This document shows, in pieces, positions 12,925 through 25,400 of a stretch of DNA of 64,000 nt. The stretch comes from Camelus dromedarius (taxonomy: Eukaryota). The stretch spans positions 115,508,001 through 115,572,000 of the forward strand of contig NC_087436.1 of NCBI RefSeq assembly GCF_036321535.1. Reading direction: 5' to 3'. Each line of letters opens with the position of its first letter. Positions within the stretch are counted from its first letter, which is position 1. The position numbers and the translations under genes were made by a program. The notes beneath the pieces were generated by a model. That model saw only the letters and a program-made list of their open reading frames with translations. It was not told where the DNA came from and made no database searches.

Positions 12925-13475
12925 TGTGGTTAGCTGTATCTGTAAAAGATGGCCATGACAACATCGCTCACACTCTTTCATCATGTGAACATCCAGATTT
13001 GGGGATGGAGGCAGCAGTTTATGACTGCTTTGAATATGGCAGAAGCGACATTGCAATTTCCAAGGCTTGATCCTAAAAGGTGATGGATGGGGCTTTTGCT
13101 TTATCCATTGGAACACTCATGCTTGAAGCCCCAGCTGTTGTTTAGACAGTCCAACTGCCCTGGGGTAGCCTTGTGTGAGTAGGCCAAGTGACATGGTGAG
13201 ATCGCATGCATGCTCTATAGTCAGCAGGCCGAGTCCTCTATTCATCCCAGCCCAGGCACCAGACATGTCAGATAATTCCAGCCCCCAGCCATCATGCGAT
13301 GGCCAGTCTTTAATCCATTCAAGCTGAGGCCCCGGCTTGATGAAGCCGGGATGAGCTATCTCTGCTGTACTCTGTCCAACTTGCTGACCTTCAGAATTTG
13401 AGAACATAATAAGAAATGTTGCTTTAAACCACTAGGTTCTGATTCAATTTTTTATGCATGAAAGTAACCAGAACA
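12925..13475 (+). mobile_element. MLT1H-like 3' LTR of the same provirus
   Basis: TGTGG...AAAGATGGCC start, 'cccagcccaggcaccagacatg', and end 'gtaaccagaaca'. Confidence 0.8.
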
Positions 13476-13499
13476 GTATATTCAAGAGAATTTTTATTA

Positions 13500-14400
13500 T
13501 AATGTAACTCAAACCCACAACCTTGCTATAAAATAATTAAAAGAAAAATCTAAGAACATAAAGAAAATTAAAAGTTCCCTTCATACACACATCATCAAGC
13601 CACTCCTGTTAGCAAAAGCATCTCTTATTTTAAGCTAAATGTGCATTCGTCCAGATGGCTTTTGTATTTATACACTTTACACATAGAAGTATGATGTCTT
13701 CTAAAATATCTTGTAGAATAATATTCACATTGTTCAAAATACTACTGTTTGAATTTATTAAGTTACCTTGAAAATATTAACATTGCAGCCTATGTAAATA
13801 TTCATCATTACTTTTAAAAGCAGAGCTGAAGTGCGACTTTCATGGGCTCTACCAAAGTTTGCCTCCCTGGGCCCCTTTTACATTAAAAAAGTGATATAAA
13901 TGATCTTTTATGACTATACTGGTATAAAAATGAATATAATCCAGGATGGAATAATTATTATATAATTATTGTTAGATCCATTTTCTCTGATATTCAAAGA
14001 AATTAAAAGGAAAGTATTTGTGTGGGCCCTGGGCACTGGGCCTGCTGAGCTTAATGCAGAACCGGGCTCTGGCCGAATCTCACCTTATGGAGAGTCACAA
14101 TTTATTTAGCTGTTTTTTCACTGAAGAACGTTTAAGATGCTTCTACAATGTCAATGATTTTCACTGTTGAAATGATGCTGCATTTGTTATGCTCGTATTC
14201 TCTCTCTCCTCTGTAGGCCCCTGGATATGTGTTTTTCTGGAACACATACCTAGAGGTAGAATTGCTACAGTGGTGGACACAGGCATTTTCAAATATTTGA
14301 TAAATTTCCCCAAATTACCTTCTCAGAAGTCTGTCGCAATTTACAATATTTTCAACTATGTAAGGCAACTTCCTTTACATTATATACGGTTAATAGTATC
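13500..14400 (-). mobile_element. Ancient L1ME-type fragment hosting ORSL
   Basis: 'catacctagaggtagaattgct' and 'ccaaattaccttctcagaag...caatttaca'. Confidence 0.55.
13821..14071 (+). mobile_element. ORSL-like hAT-Tip100 non-autonomous DNA transposon
   Basis: CAGAGC...GCTCTG termini. Internal 'ggtataaaaatgaatataatccagg' and 'gtgggccctgggcactgggcct' match the recalled ORSL consensus. Confidence 0.75.
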
Positions 14401-16049
14401 AGTTTGGTATATGTAATAAAAAATAATTTTGCAAAACTATTAACAACAAGCCCAGTGAGTGTGCATGTGTGTGTATGTCTATGATTATATGAGCATAGGA
14501 AAACGCAAAGAATGATACACACACGCTGTTAATATTAGTATCTGGGCGTCATGATGATAGAGAGAGGGCAAAGATGTAAGAAAAAATTTAAAAATCAAGA
14601 TTTTAAGAAATTATTTAAACAAATAAATGTCTTAAAGCAGAAAATATAATATATGATCTTCCAAACAATAATGTAAATCCTTCTGTCTTTATGATCTACA
14701 TCCAGACCTCTAGTGATGGAAGCAGTCTATTCTAATCCTTAATCAAGAGATGACCACTATGTGGGTCAGAGTTGGACACCCGACCTCAAAGCACGCTAAT
14801 CTCTAGGCTGTCCACAGACTCACGGGATTTAAATTAATAGCTGAGCAAGAATAAGATGGAAGATCTATAGCCTTATGCCACAGAATACAAAGAACTAGTA
14901 GCCAATCCTTGGAGCCTGCAGCGTGGTCAAGCTCTTCATTCATGTGTTAGGTAAAACCAAATAAACAAAGGAAAGTTGCAAACCCCACATATCATGGTTC
15001 CATTTGTAAGAAAAATAACGTGTACACGTCTCAGTGTTGGTTTTGTCCATTAACTATCTGTTTCTTTGGGTGTTAATGTGTGTTTCATTTGGATTCTAGC
15101 TTTTGTGCTTGGTTTTCCTCAAACACCTGGTAATCTATGTTTCTTTCTTTAAGGAATGGATCGCATATGCCTGTTTAGACCTGAAGAATGCACTCAAGTT
15201 AGAAATCAACAACTCTATGCCTCTAAAATATGGCATTTGGGCAAGTAGACCTTCTGAAAAGTGATTAGAAAGCTGGGTGGAGTATGTGAACTTGCACTTT
15301 CTACTGAGTCACACACAGGAAGGAATGTTTTCAGGTTCCCCATTACATGTCGGGCAGCTGATTAAGCTAATAGCCATTTGTTTAAATGGACATTCTGTAA
15401 ACTTATAGATGTCCACTAAAGGGCAATAACTGAGAAACTGTAATTTGTGAGTATTTTTTAAAATATATAAAACAGAGACAATCAAATCACATTAACTACC
15501 AAGCAATGGAGTGATGAACTGAAAATCCCATTGTGTCAAGTGTAACCATCGCTAATCTCACTACTGGTCTGGTCACACATCCCTTCATGGAGCGAGGTTC
15601 ACATTCCACTTTTAAGCCTATCCTTCTCATTGCCTTTCCCCTACCTCTTTACTCCTCCTTCCTCTCCAATCCTCCTCCCCGCAGTGAGGAGTGAGCAGAT
15701 GTTCACCTGATGACTGAGATTAAGCTCATATATAACCAAGACATGGCTGATGTAGAATTAGGGCTTACGACATTCAGTGTAGCTAGTTTGAGCAAATGGT
15801 AAACGTTGCCATCTTAGATGCTTGAGCCAGGCACAATTAACAAATCAGGGAGTCAAATTAACCCCCTTTTTAAAGAGTCTTCAGCATGTTACTATTAAAG
15901 ATTATATAAAGGTCTATGACTAGAAAACAGTTACCAGGGGTAGAAAATCTGAAACTAACCAAAGGATCTAACAGCATGAAAGAGTGTACATCAAAAGCCA
16001 CATCTGCTAAGGATAAATGCTGCACGGACTTGAGTGGTGTTCAGTAATG

Positions 16050-18510
16050 CAGGCCAACCTCGGAGACATTGCAAGTACAGTTTCAGACCACTACAGTAAA
16101 GCAAATCTCACAATAAAGTGGGTCACAGGACTTTTTTGGTTTCCCAGTGCATATAAAATTAAATTTACACTATCTGTAGTCTATTAAGTGTGCAGTAACA
16201 TTATGTCTAAGAAAACAATGTGCACACTTAATTAAAAATTCTTAAAATGCTAAACATTACCTGAACTGTCAGAGAGTAGTAATCTTTTTGCTGGTGGAGA
16301 GACTTGTCTCAGTGTTGATGGCTGCTGACTGATCAGGGTTGTTGAAGTTGGGGGTGGCTGTGACAGTATCTTAAAATAAGACAACAATGATGTTCACTGT
16401 ATTGATTGACTCTTTCTTTCATGGATGAGTTCTCTGTAGCATGCAATGCTCTTTGATAGCATTTTACCCACAGTACAACTTCTTTCAAAATGGGAGTCAA
16501 TCCTCTTAAAACTTGCTATTGCTTTGTCAACTAAGTTTATGTAATATTCTAAATCCTCTGTTGTTATTTCAACAATCTTCACAGCATCTTCACCAGGAGT
16601 AGATTCCATCTCAAGAAACCATTTTCTTGGCTCATCCATAAGAAGCAACTCCTCATCTGTTAAAGCTTTATCATGAGATTTGCAGCTAGTCAGTTATATC
16701 TTCAGGCTCCGCTTCTAATTCTAGTTCTCTTGCTATTTCTATCACATCTGTAATAACTCCCTCCACTGAAGTTTAGAACTCCTCAAAGTCATCCATGAGA
16801 ATTAGAATTAACTTCTTCCAAACTCCTGTTAATGTTGAAATTTTGACTTCTTCCTTTGAATCACGAATGTTCTTAATGGCAAATAGAATGGTAAATATTT
16901 CCAGACTGTTTTAATTTACTTTGCCCAGAGCCACCTACAGCCTTATGCTCATCCATGAAAGAAAGAGTCAATCAGTACAGTGAACATCATTGTTGTCTTA
17001 TTTTAAGATACTGTCACAGCCACCCCCAACTTCAACAACCTATAGCACCTAAAGCAGCTATAGTCTTATGAAACATATCTCTGAAATAATGGCCTTGAAA
17101 ATCAAACTTACTCCTTTGTCCAGGGGATGCAAAATAGATGTAATGTTAGCAGGCATGAAAACAATATTAATCTCATTGTATATCTCCATTAGAATTCTTG
17201 GGTGACCAGGTACTTTATCCATGAGCAGTCATCTTTTGAAAAGATTCTTTTTTTTCTGAGTATTAGATCTCAACAGTGGGCTTAAAATATTCAGTAAGCA
17301 ATGTTGTGAACAGATGAGCTGTCATCCGTGCCTCATTCCATTTATGAGCACAGGCAGAGAATACTTAGCATCATTCTTAAGGGCCCTAGGATTTTCAGAA
17401 TGGTGAATGAGCATTGGCTTCAACTTAAAGTCACCAGCTGCATTAGCCCCTAACAAGAGAGACAGCCTGTTCTTTGAAGCTTTGAAACCAGACATTGACT
17501 TCTCCTCTCTAGCTATGAAAATACTAGATGGCATCTTCTTGCGGTAGAAGACTTGTTTCATCTGCAGTGAAAATCTGTTGTTTAGTGTAGCTGCTTTCAT
17601 GAATTATCCAGATCTGATTCACTTGCTGTGGCTCCTACATCAGCATTTGCTGCTTCACCTTGCACTTTGATGTTATGGAGATGGCTTCTTTCCTTAAATC
17701 TCATGACCCAACCCCTGGTAGCTTCAAACTTTTCTTCTGCAGCTTCCTTATCCCTCTCAGCCTACGCAGAATTGAATAGAGGTTAGCACCTTGCACTAGG
17801 TTAGGCTTTGGGTTAAGGGAATGTTGTGACTGGTTGATCTTCTATCCAGACCACTCCAGCTTTCTCTGTATCAGCAAAAAGTCTGTCTGGCTTTGTAAAA
17901 ATCATTTGTGTGTTTGCTGCAGTAGCACTTTTAATTTCCTTCATGAGCTTTTCCTTTGCAATTACAACTCATCAACGTTTGGTGAGAGAGCCCTAGATTG
18001 TTGCCTCTATTTGCTTTCAGCATGCCTTCCTTGGTAAGTTTACCTATTTCTAGCTTTTGATTTTAAGTGAGAGGCATCAGACGCTTCTTTTACTCATTGT
18101 CTTTGTCTGGTTATTACTGGCCTAACTTTAATACACTTTTGTCTCAGGAAATAGGAAGGCCTGAGCAAAGGGAGAGAGACGGGGGATGTCTGGATGGTGG
18201 AATAGTCAGAACATGCATTTATTAAGTTTGCTGTGGGGGTGAGATTCATGGTGTCCCCAAACAATCGCAATTGTAATATCAAAGATCACCAATCGCAGAT
18301 CACCATAGCAAATGCAACAGCAGTAAAAAGTTTGAAATATTGTTAGAATTATTAAACTGTGACACAGAGACATGAAGTGAGCAAATGCTGTTGGAAAAAT
18401 GGTGCTGGTCGACTTGCTCCATGTAGGATTGCTGCAAACTTTCAATCTAAAAAAAATGGAATATTTGTGAAGCACAATAAAATGATGCCAAGTGAAACAA
18501 GATGTGCCTA
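16050..18510 (-). mobile_element. Near full-length Tigger1 (pogo-like) DNA transposon with a pseudogenised transposase
   Basis: Decayed TIRs 'caggccaacctcggagac' and 'gatgtgccta', followed by TA. Length ~2.46 kb. Transposase peptides appear in ORFs 17322-17600 ([42 protein letters not shown]) and 16394-16648 ([22 protein letters not shown]). Confidence 0.95.
16337..17040. repeat. 93-bp inverted repeat pair (16337-16429 / 16948-17040)
   Basis: Direct reverse-complement comparison gives 92/93 identical positions. Confidence 0.95.
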
Positions 18511-19159
18511 TATTATTATTACTATTAAAATCTAAAAATGGCATTGCATGCTTATATTTTGACTGCTTTTTGTTGAACATTGAGGTAAAGAAGTGGGCTC
18601 CGTCTGCCCATTATCAGTGAAAAGTCATCCACTGAGAATTCCGTATGTTTTGATGGCATTGTTGCTACTTGTACTAAGAGGGACCTCAGAATTCTTTCAA
18701 TAGTAATGAGGAATCCACCACTAAAGCAGGTTCTAGTCTGTTTTTTCATGACCCACGTTTATGAACTTTCAAACATGTTGTTTTGTTCTAACATATAACA
18801 TCTCCTATTAGCTTCAAGACCACCCAAAATCAACAAATATATATTAAATATTCATGAAGTTCCTACTAAGAGGCAGGTCATTTCATAATAACTTTTCAAA
18901 CTTTCTCTTCTTTCTTTCTTTCTGTTTTCACCTGTCACATCCTTTCCTCTCTTGTGTTTGTTTCTGTCCTTCCTTTCCTTTCTGAATCATATGAGCTCTC
19001 ATGATCATGTATTATTTGAAAAGGGACTGTAAACATGGGTACATCTTATGTGACATCCTATATAATTCAGGTATCTCTATACTTTTCTATATAGCTAGCC
19101 TAGAAACATTTACTAAATAAAGATTAGGAGTAGAAAAATAATAGGAGGAAACTCGATGT

Positions 19160-19280
19160 ATTGCATCCAATTCCCTCATTTTACAGGTGAAGAAACTGAG
19201 ACACAAAGAGGTGACTCGACTTACCTAGATCCCATTGCAAGGAGAAAAGGCAGTAAAAACACTCAGGTCTTCTGTCCTAT
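19160..19280 (-). mobile_element. MIR SINE fragment
   Basis: 'ccctcattttacaggtgaagaaactgagacacaaagaggtga'. Confidence 0.75.
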
Positions 19281-20004
19281 CCAGGGATTTTCAGTATAGT
19301 TTAAAGTTTTCCCAATTATAGCCCAAAATTATATACCAAAAATTTATGTGTGTGTGTGCATGGTTATATGTCATTTGAAAGTCATTTGAAAGTTGCTAAA
19401 AATGCATTTCACCCATGCAGAAATGGTGGTGATGGCAATATCAATGTGCCTATGGAACGATGCAATGTGACCTTGAGACCTTTTCGTTTTGTGTTCCTAC
19501 AACAATTGACCTCAAAATAGCTATGACTTCCCAGGCCCTCTCCCGCCCCCTTAAAAGCTTTTTTTTTTTCCTTATAGGAAAATGTGTCCTTTCTTTCTCT
19601 AGCAGAGACACATGGCTTGAGATTGACAAGTAGCCTCTTTACAGATGTCAGTTCCCAGGAATCAGCAGCTCTTCCACATTGCTTCCAATTATGCTTGACA
19701 GCACCTTTGTAAAAACCTGTTGACAACCTATTTCAACTTGTCACGTGTGAATTACACTTTCCTTGCCAGGTCCTCCCTCCCCAGCAACAAATACTATGTC
19801 AAAACAAACTACATGGCCATGACGGTGAATTAGAGATTTAAGAGAACCCATCATAAGTAATTCAAAATCACTCTGGGATGAATCAAAGCTATCATGGAGA
19901 TATTGCTGATTGGATTCATTGGCACCCAGTGATAGGGAGTGTCATTGAACGTGATGGTTCTGAATGCCACTGTTACGGGAAATCTGCGCTTACCCATTAA
20001 TATA

Positions 20005-20600
20005 TACAGCTGTCAGGAATCACATCTCTGGATGCTGAAGGAACCTGCCAATGTGATATCTGAGCAACTGTCATTGCACATTGAGAATCCTAAAGGAAGA
20101 GAGAAGAGCCAGGAGCTATAAAGGTGAGAAACTGTCCCCAATTGTTAAAGGGAAGAACATAATTCATATTAGATATTACAGGTTTTTTGCACCATCTAAA
20201 GTAGGCAATTAAATAGATGTTGTATTTAAATGCTTAGCATATGCGATGCCTCTAATTAGGTACTTGAGAAATATCCAATAACTGAATGGATGCCGATTGA
20301 GTGGAATTAATGATCACTGCAGGACTGAATGGACCATTGAAGGGCAAGTCTTGCCAAACTCCAGTGCCCTGTTTGGATAGAGTAAGTAAATATTTTATCA
20401 CAGAGCTAACATAGTGAAGTGAAAGCCGGGTATTATTTTTATTTTATTTGAAGGTGATTTGACAATCCTTTAATCATAAATAGACAAGAGTGTGTTAGGG
20501 GAAAAATTCAGACATCATCCTTGGCTTTGTTCTCTTGAGAATTTAATACGATTTGAATGAAGGCATAAAAGATCTATTTAGCAAATTCAGGATAAGTCTA
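20005..20600 (+). mobile_element. CR1/L3 LINE reverse-transcriptase fossil
   Basis: Colinear remnants of CR1 RT: LKEPANVISEQLS (cf. LKELADVISEPLS), 'aagggcaagtcttgccaaac' (KGKSCQT) and 'gatttgaatgaaggcata...agcaaattc' (DLDEGI...SKF). Confidence 0.65.
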
Positions 20601-20609
20601 AGCTCTGTA

Positions 20610-20722
20610 TTTACCAGAACGTAAACTCCACGAAGACAGGGAGTTCTGCTTCCCTGATTCACTGTTTTATTTTCAACATCCGTTTCCCTGACACACATGC
20701 TCAATATAACTTTGTTGAGTTA
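20610..20722 (+). mobile_element. LINE-2 3' end
   Basis: 'agaacgtaaactccacgaagacaggga...tgctcaatataactttgttga'. Confidence 0.65.
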
Positions 20723-21286
20723 TGCACAAAGCTAGGGAAAAGGGAATACACAGAAATGAGTTTCACCAGTTCTGCAGGAACTCCAGTCCTCCTAGTGTCT
20801 CTCATCTGACCTTAGAGTATCCAAGAGTTAGTTCATGTTTATCCCCAAGGATTCTCGCCTGTCCATAATTTTTATTCTTCCCTATTCTGTTCAACTGTGA
20901 CTTTGTCAAAGTAAATACCTATCAAAGGTGCCACTTGCCAACTCTATTGATGATTCCTAGGCAGAAATTGTCAGTCCTGGAGGCCAAAAAGAGAAAAAAA
21001 AAAAAAAAGAAAAGAAAGATGTTCCTGCAACCACCAAGATGCATGGAGAACCTGTTCTTATGGGATTTCAAACTGCTCAGGTCTGAGAGCGCTAATGTCT
21101 GGCCTGGGTCCTAATTCTCCAAAGTGGAGGTTACTTCCTGGCAGTTCAATAAAATAAGTTTGGGGAGATAATTTAGTATAAACATAGATATTAAGGGTCA
21201 TAATACTACTCCTGTTGCTAACATTTCTACCTTCAGTGTGGCTTTGTTGTTATATATGCTTGTGTCAATATTTTATTTTTCATTGC

Positions 21287-21827
21287 TATGCAGCAGAGTT
21301 AACTCAGCATGTGCAAGGCTCCTGTCTTTAGAAAGGCTTCCTTGCAGAGTTGGTTGACTGGCACCTGGGAATTCAGATTTCTTACCATCCTCAGAACTGG
21401 TAAATGTAGCTCATCTTGCCTAAAATGTTTGTATAAGTCTTATGATTTATTCTACATACCTGCTTTCCCTTTGGGGTTCTAGAATTTTGATACACCGTGA
21501 AGCAGAGGGCGACTGCACAACCAGTCACTAATAACCCTGGTGATGAGTCTGCAATGAGCTTCCCTGGTCGACAGCATCTCACATGTGCGGTCATAACTCG
21601 TGGCTTGAGCCATTATGTGTCTGGTGTGACGCCACCACAGGAAGACTCTTGGAAGCTTGCACCTGGCTTCCCCTGGACTTTGTTCCATGTCCCCTTTCCC
21701 TTTGCTAAATTAGATTTTTACCCTTTTGCTTTGATAAACTAGTCATGAGTATAACCATACGCTGATTCCTGTGAGTTCCCCTAGCAAATCACTGAATCTG
21801 GAGAGGTTCTTGGGGGCTCCTGACACG
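21287..21827 (+). mobile_element. MER68-like ERVL solo LTR
   Basis: 'agagttaactcagca...tttagaaaggc', 'gagtctgcaatgagcttccctggt', 'ggaagcttgcacctgg' and 'ctagcaaatcactgaatctg'. Confidence 0.8.
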
Positions 21828-22029
21828 TTGTCAACTATGTCAACCACTACAGATTCTGTCTGACTCTCAAGGTCCCTGGAGATGATTGCAATTCACCTCT
21901 TTCACTTTTACTTGCCTTTTTATGTCCCATTTGAGTTAAAAATCAGGAATGATCCCATAAGACAATATGAATAAAATAAATACCCATATAAAATAGCAGC
22001 AAAATTTTACTGCCCTTATTGATTGAATG

Positions 22030-22270
22030 TATTGAACACATTTATGTATTTAGTCTTCGTTTTGGTGGAGCACTGTGATTGGAACATGACATGCAATTTC
22101 TCATTTAATCCTTACAATTCCATGGGGCGTGTAACCTTAAAATCATACATTTAAAAATGGAGAAACTGAGGCACAGGGAGGTCAAATACCTTGTCAAAAT
22201 TCCACAGCTGACAAGTAGTGGAGTTAGGATATTAAGCAAGAGCTTTGTAACATCAGAGTTTTGACCTCAG
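22030..22270 (-). mobile_element. MIR SINE
   Basis: 'tctcatttaatccttacaa...gagaaactgaggcacagggaggtcaaataccttg...cacagctgacaagtagtggag'. Confidence 0.8.
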
Positions 22271-22914
22271 TAGTACGCGGGTGCCGTTTTTCCTGTCCTT
22301 AGAGTTACTCTACCATCAGACTTCTACTGGTGTACCTCAGGCCAGTCATTATGTTCCTTGCAGATCTATGTTTTAGGGCCATTTTTTCATAAAAAAGAAA
22401 CAAACAAACAAACTCCTGAGACTGTCAATCATAAAGAGCATATATTATGTGCATACACACCAGCAGTCCTCTGACAATCTGAAGTGTATCTGAATCATAG
22501 GGACAAATGAGTCTAGGTTGCATCAGGGACAAAATTAAGTCTTCAAAAAACCATTTGAAACTTCGCAGTGTAGTTCATTAATTTCTGAACTTACTGTTGC
22601 TTGAGAGTAAAGATTAGATCTTAAACATGTCTGAATCCTTAACATGCAGTTTCTGGCACATTCAACATATGTAATTTTTTTTTAAATGAGATTGGTGGAT
22701 GTGATAGCTCATCTAACTATTGAAGTAAGAACTTGTTTGAAGATTTGGTTCGTGGGAATGACCTCCAGAACATCCAGCATTGGAGACAATCTTTGGACTA
22801 GAGTTTTAGGCAAAAAAGTAGAAGTGTATTCAGATTGCATTCATAGCCAAAATGTGTTGTAAATTCATAAAGTAAACATGGCTCAAAGTCATAGTAAAGA
22901 AAAAACTTTCATTT

Positions 22915-23600
22915 TCAACAATAAGAAGAATGGCTAAATGCATCCATGCTCTTAATCTATTAAAAAGAACTAGGTGCACATTTTCTATGATAAGTTAAGT
23001 GAAAAAAATGCAAGCTTCAGTCCTGTGAGTAGAAATGACAATTTCATTAAAATACATATGTGTGTGTGCATCTAAAAGTGTGTCCACACACACACATACA
23101 TGTGTTTTAACAGATATTATATTTTATATAACATCATTTTTATATGTTATATAATTTAATTTTTTTAAAAAAGAGGAAAGATGTATATCAATTTTTCAAC
23201 AAGGATTTATCTATGTGGGTGGGGTAGAAAGAGTTTTTGGAAAACATTAGTTTCTATCATGAATGTGAATATTATATTTCTGACCTCAGTGAGATTATGA
23301 ATTTTTAGTAGTTTTAAAGTTTTTTTTCACCAATGTGTATATAACTCATAAATATTTTGAGTTAAGTTGATAACTTTGTACATAAATATATTCCTATAAT
23401 GGCAAGTATAGAAATGGAGAATTACAAAGAAGTGGCTTTTTTATTAAGACTGCGTCTATGTGTGTGTGATACGCATATTTGTGTATTTATCTGGAAGGTA
23501 TGTTAAACTGACTATTTGTGGAGTGGATTTATGTACGGCTTTTACTTTCTGATTTGGTTATTTTGTATTTGTTTACAATAAACTGGGTTATTTTATAAAA
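22915..23600 (+). mobile_element. Highly decayed L1ME 3' UTR fragments
   Basis: 'aagaatggctaaat' and 'gttaagtgaaaaaaatgcaag' in an AT-rich, L1ME-like context. Confidence 0.4.
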
Positions 23601-24429
23601 TAAAGAAAAACAAACAAGCCAAAAGGACAGTGTCAGGGCTAACACAACAGAGCCCATAATTCTGCTATGCTGACTGCTGGGAAGAAAATGTTGTCTTTTT
23701 ATTTATGGAAGCAAAGGTCTTCTCTAGGTCTTAAAGGATGAAGTAAAATTCAAACTTCTAAGCCTGGCATTCAAACGGCCCCACAATCCGGCCTCAATAT
23801 CACATTTTGACCTTAAATCCCACCTCTCTCATAAATTCCATTCTCTAAAACTGTTTTGCTCATATTCTTTGCAGAGTCCTGCTCCCACAAATATCTTCCT
23901 ATCAAATTTTATTACCTAAAATTTTTCTCTACATCTTTTTTTAGCTCTATATTCTATCACTATTTGAATTCTTCCTTCTCCTTAAAAGCCATGGATTCTC
24001 TGAAATCCACTTCCAACTCATCTTGTCGAAGATAAAGAAAATTTACTGAACTCACAAAGTTCACTAGCATTAGAAATAGGTGATGGGGTGTCTTAAGTCA
24101 AGTTCTAAGCATAAAAGTTTTCCAAAGTTTGTATGCATTAGGAGCATAATGTACTTCAACGTCCCCCCACATGGATACACGAAAACATGACTGTGGTATC
24201 TGCACACTGTGATAGGTATTAAGGACATTAGAGAGACAGAGAAGCAGATTTTACTTTAGGGAACTATTTGTTTCTATCACCACTTTATAATCTATTAAAA
24301 GCTATGAAAATATTGCGATTCACAGCTTCTTCCAGTTAGCCCAACGGCATTCCCCAGAGATGGCCAACTTTCCCAGCTCCCTAGCCTCCAAGTCAGCAAT
24401 GTAGTGAAAAGTCAGGAATTGGAGCACTG

Positions 24430-24600
24430 AGGTGGGACAGTGTTCAGAGTTTGGAAGTCAGCGTCTTTGCTTACTACCTGTGTGCCTCTGAGCAAATGAA
24501 CTAAACCTTAGCTTCCTCATTCCTAAAGTAAGTGTGATGCTAATGCTGACCACGTGCAGGTATGAAAATGCACAGGCAGTGTAAGTGCGGTCGCTGTCAG
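24430..24600 (+). mobile_element. MIR SINE fragment
   Basis: 'cttactacctgtgtgcctctgagcaa...cttagcttcctcatt'. Confidence 0.6.
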
Positions 24601-24639
24601 TGATGAATCCACATCCATTTCCACTTTGGGGAATTATTG

Positions 24640-25028
24640 TCTAACTTCCAGCTACCAACACCTGCTGTTCATTACGTGATGAGCTAACTGGACACTGAGG
24701 TTTCTGCCTGTAAATGGACAGACTGCACGTTCCCTTCCTCGACTGCAGGACTCAACTATGACTGCTGGGAGCTGGCATTTAAGTTCCCCAAAATTCCCTT
24801 GGGTAGAATGCCTCTAAAGTTCATGTTTTTTTCTTCTTCCAGCTTCCCCAGGGATATTAGGCCCACAGTTGTGCTTTGCTGGCAACAAAGCTTTCATACT
24901 TTATTTTTTGTTCCCGTCACATACTTCCATTCCCATACATACATTTTCTAGAATCATCTCCCAGTTAAACCTCTTGTGCCCTAAACCTTGTCTCCCGGTC
25001 CGCATGTAAGGTAACCTAAACTAAACCA
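24640..25028 (+). mobile_element. LTR16-like ERVL LTR
   Basis: 3' end 'catctcccagttaaacctcttg...ccttgtctc...aacctaaactaaacca'. Confidence 0.6.
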
Positions 25029-25040
25029 ACCGAGTGTGTG

Positions 25041-25400
25041 TGTGATGGTCTGAATGTTTGTGTCCCTAAATTCCTGTGTGGAAATCCTTACCCACGATGG
25101 GATGGCATTAGAAGGTGGGGCCTTTGGGAGGCGGTTACATGTTGAAGATGGAGCCCTCATGAATGACATTTGTGCCTTTAGAAAAGAGACCTCAGAGAGT
25201 TTTCACCCCTTTCCAGCAAGTGAAGACACCCAGGAAAAGATGGCCGCCTATGAATCAGGACATAGGCACTCAGTGAACACACCACCTGCCAGCACCTTGA
25301 TCTTGGACCTCTAGCCTCCAGAACTGTGATAAATGCATTTCTGTTGTTCAAGCCACCCAGCCTGTGGTATTTTGTTACGTAGCCTGAGCTGGCTGAAATA
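25041..25400 (+). mobile_element. MLT1A0-like MaLR solo LTR
   Basis: 'tgtgatggtctgaatgtttgtgtccc...gaaggtggggcctttgggagg...gagccctcatgaatg...caccttgatcttggac...aagccacccag'. Confidence 0.9.

Noticed and set aside
16394..17600. Transposase-like ORFs as a TIGD1-type gene
   Set aside because: They are short fragments separated by stops, frameshifts and an insertion, so this is a fossil Tigger1.
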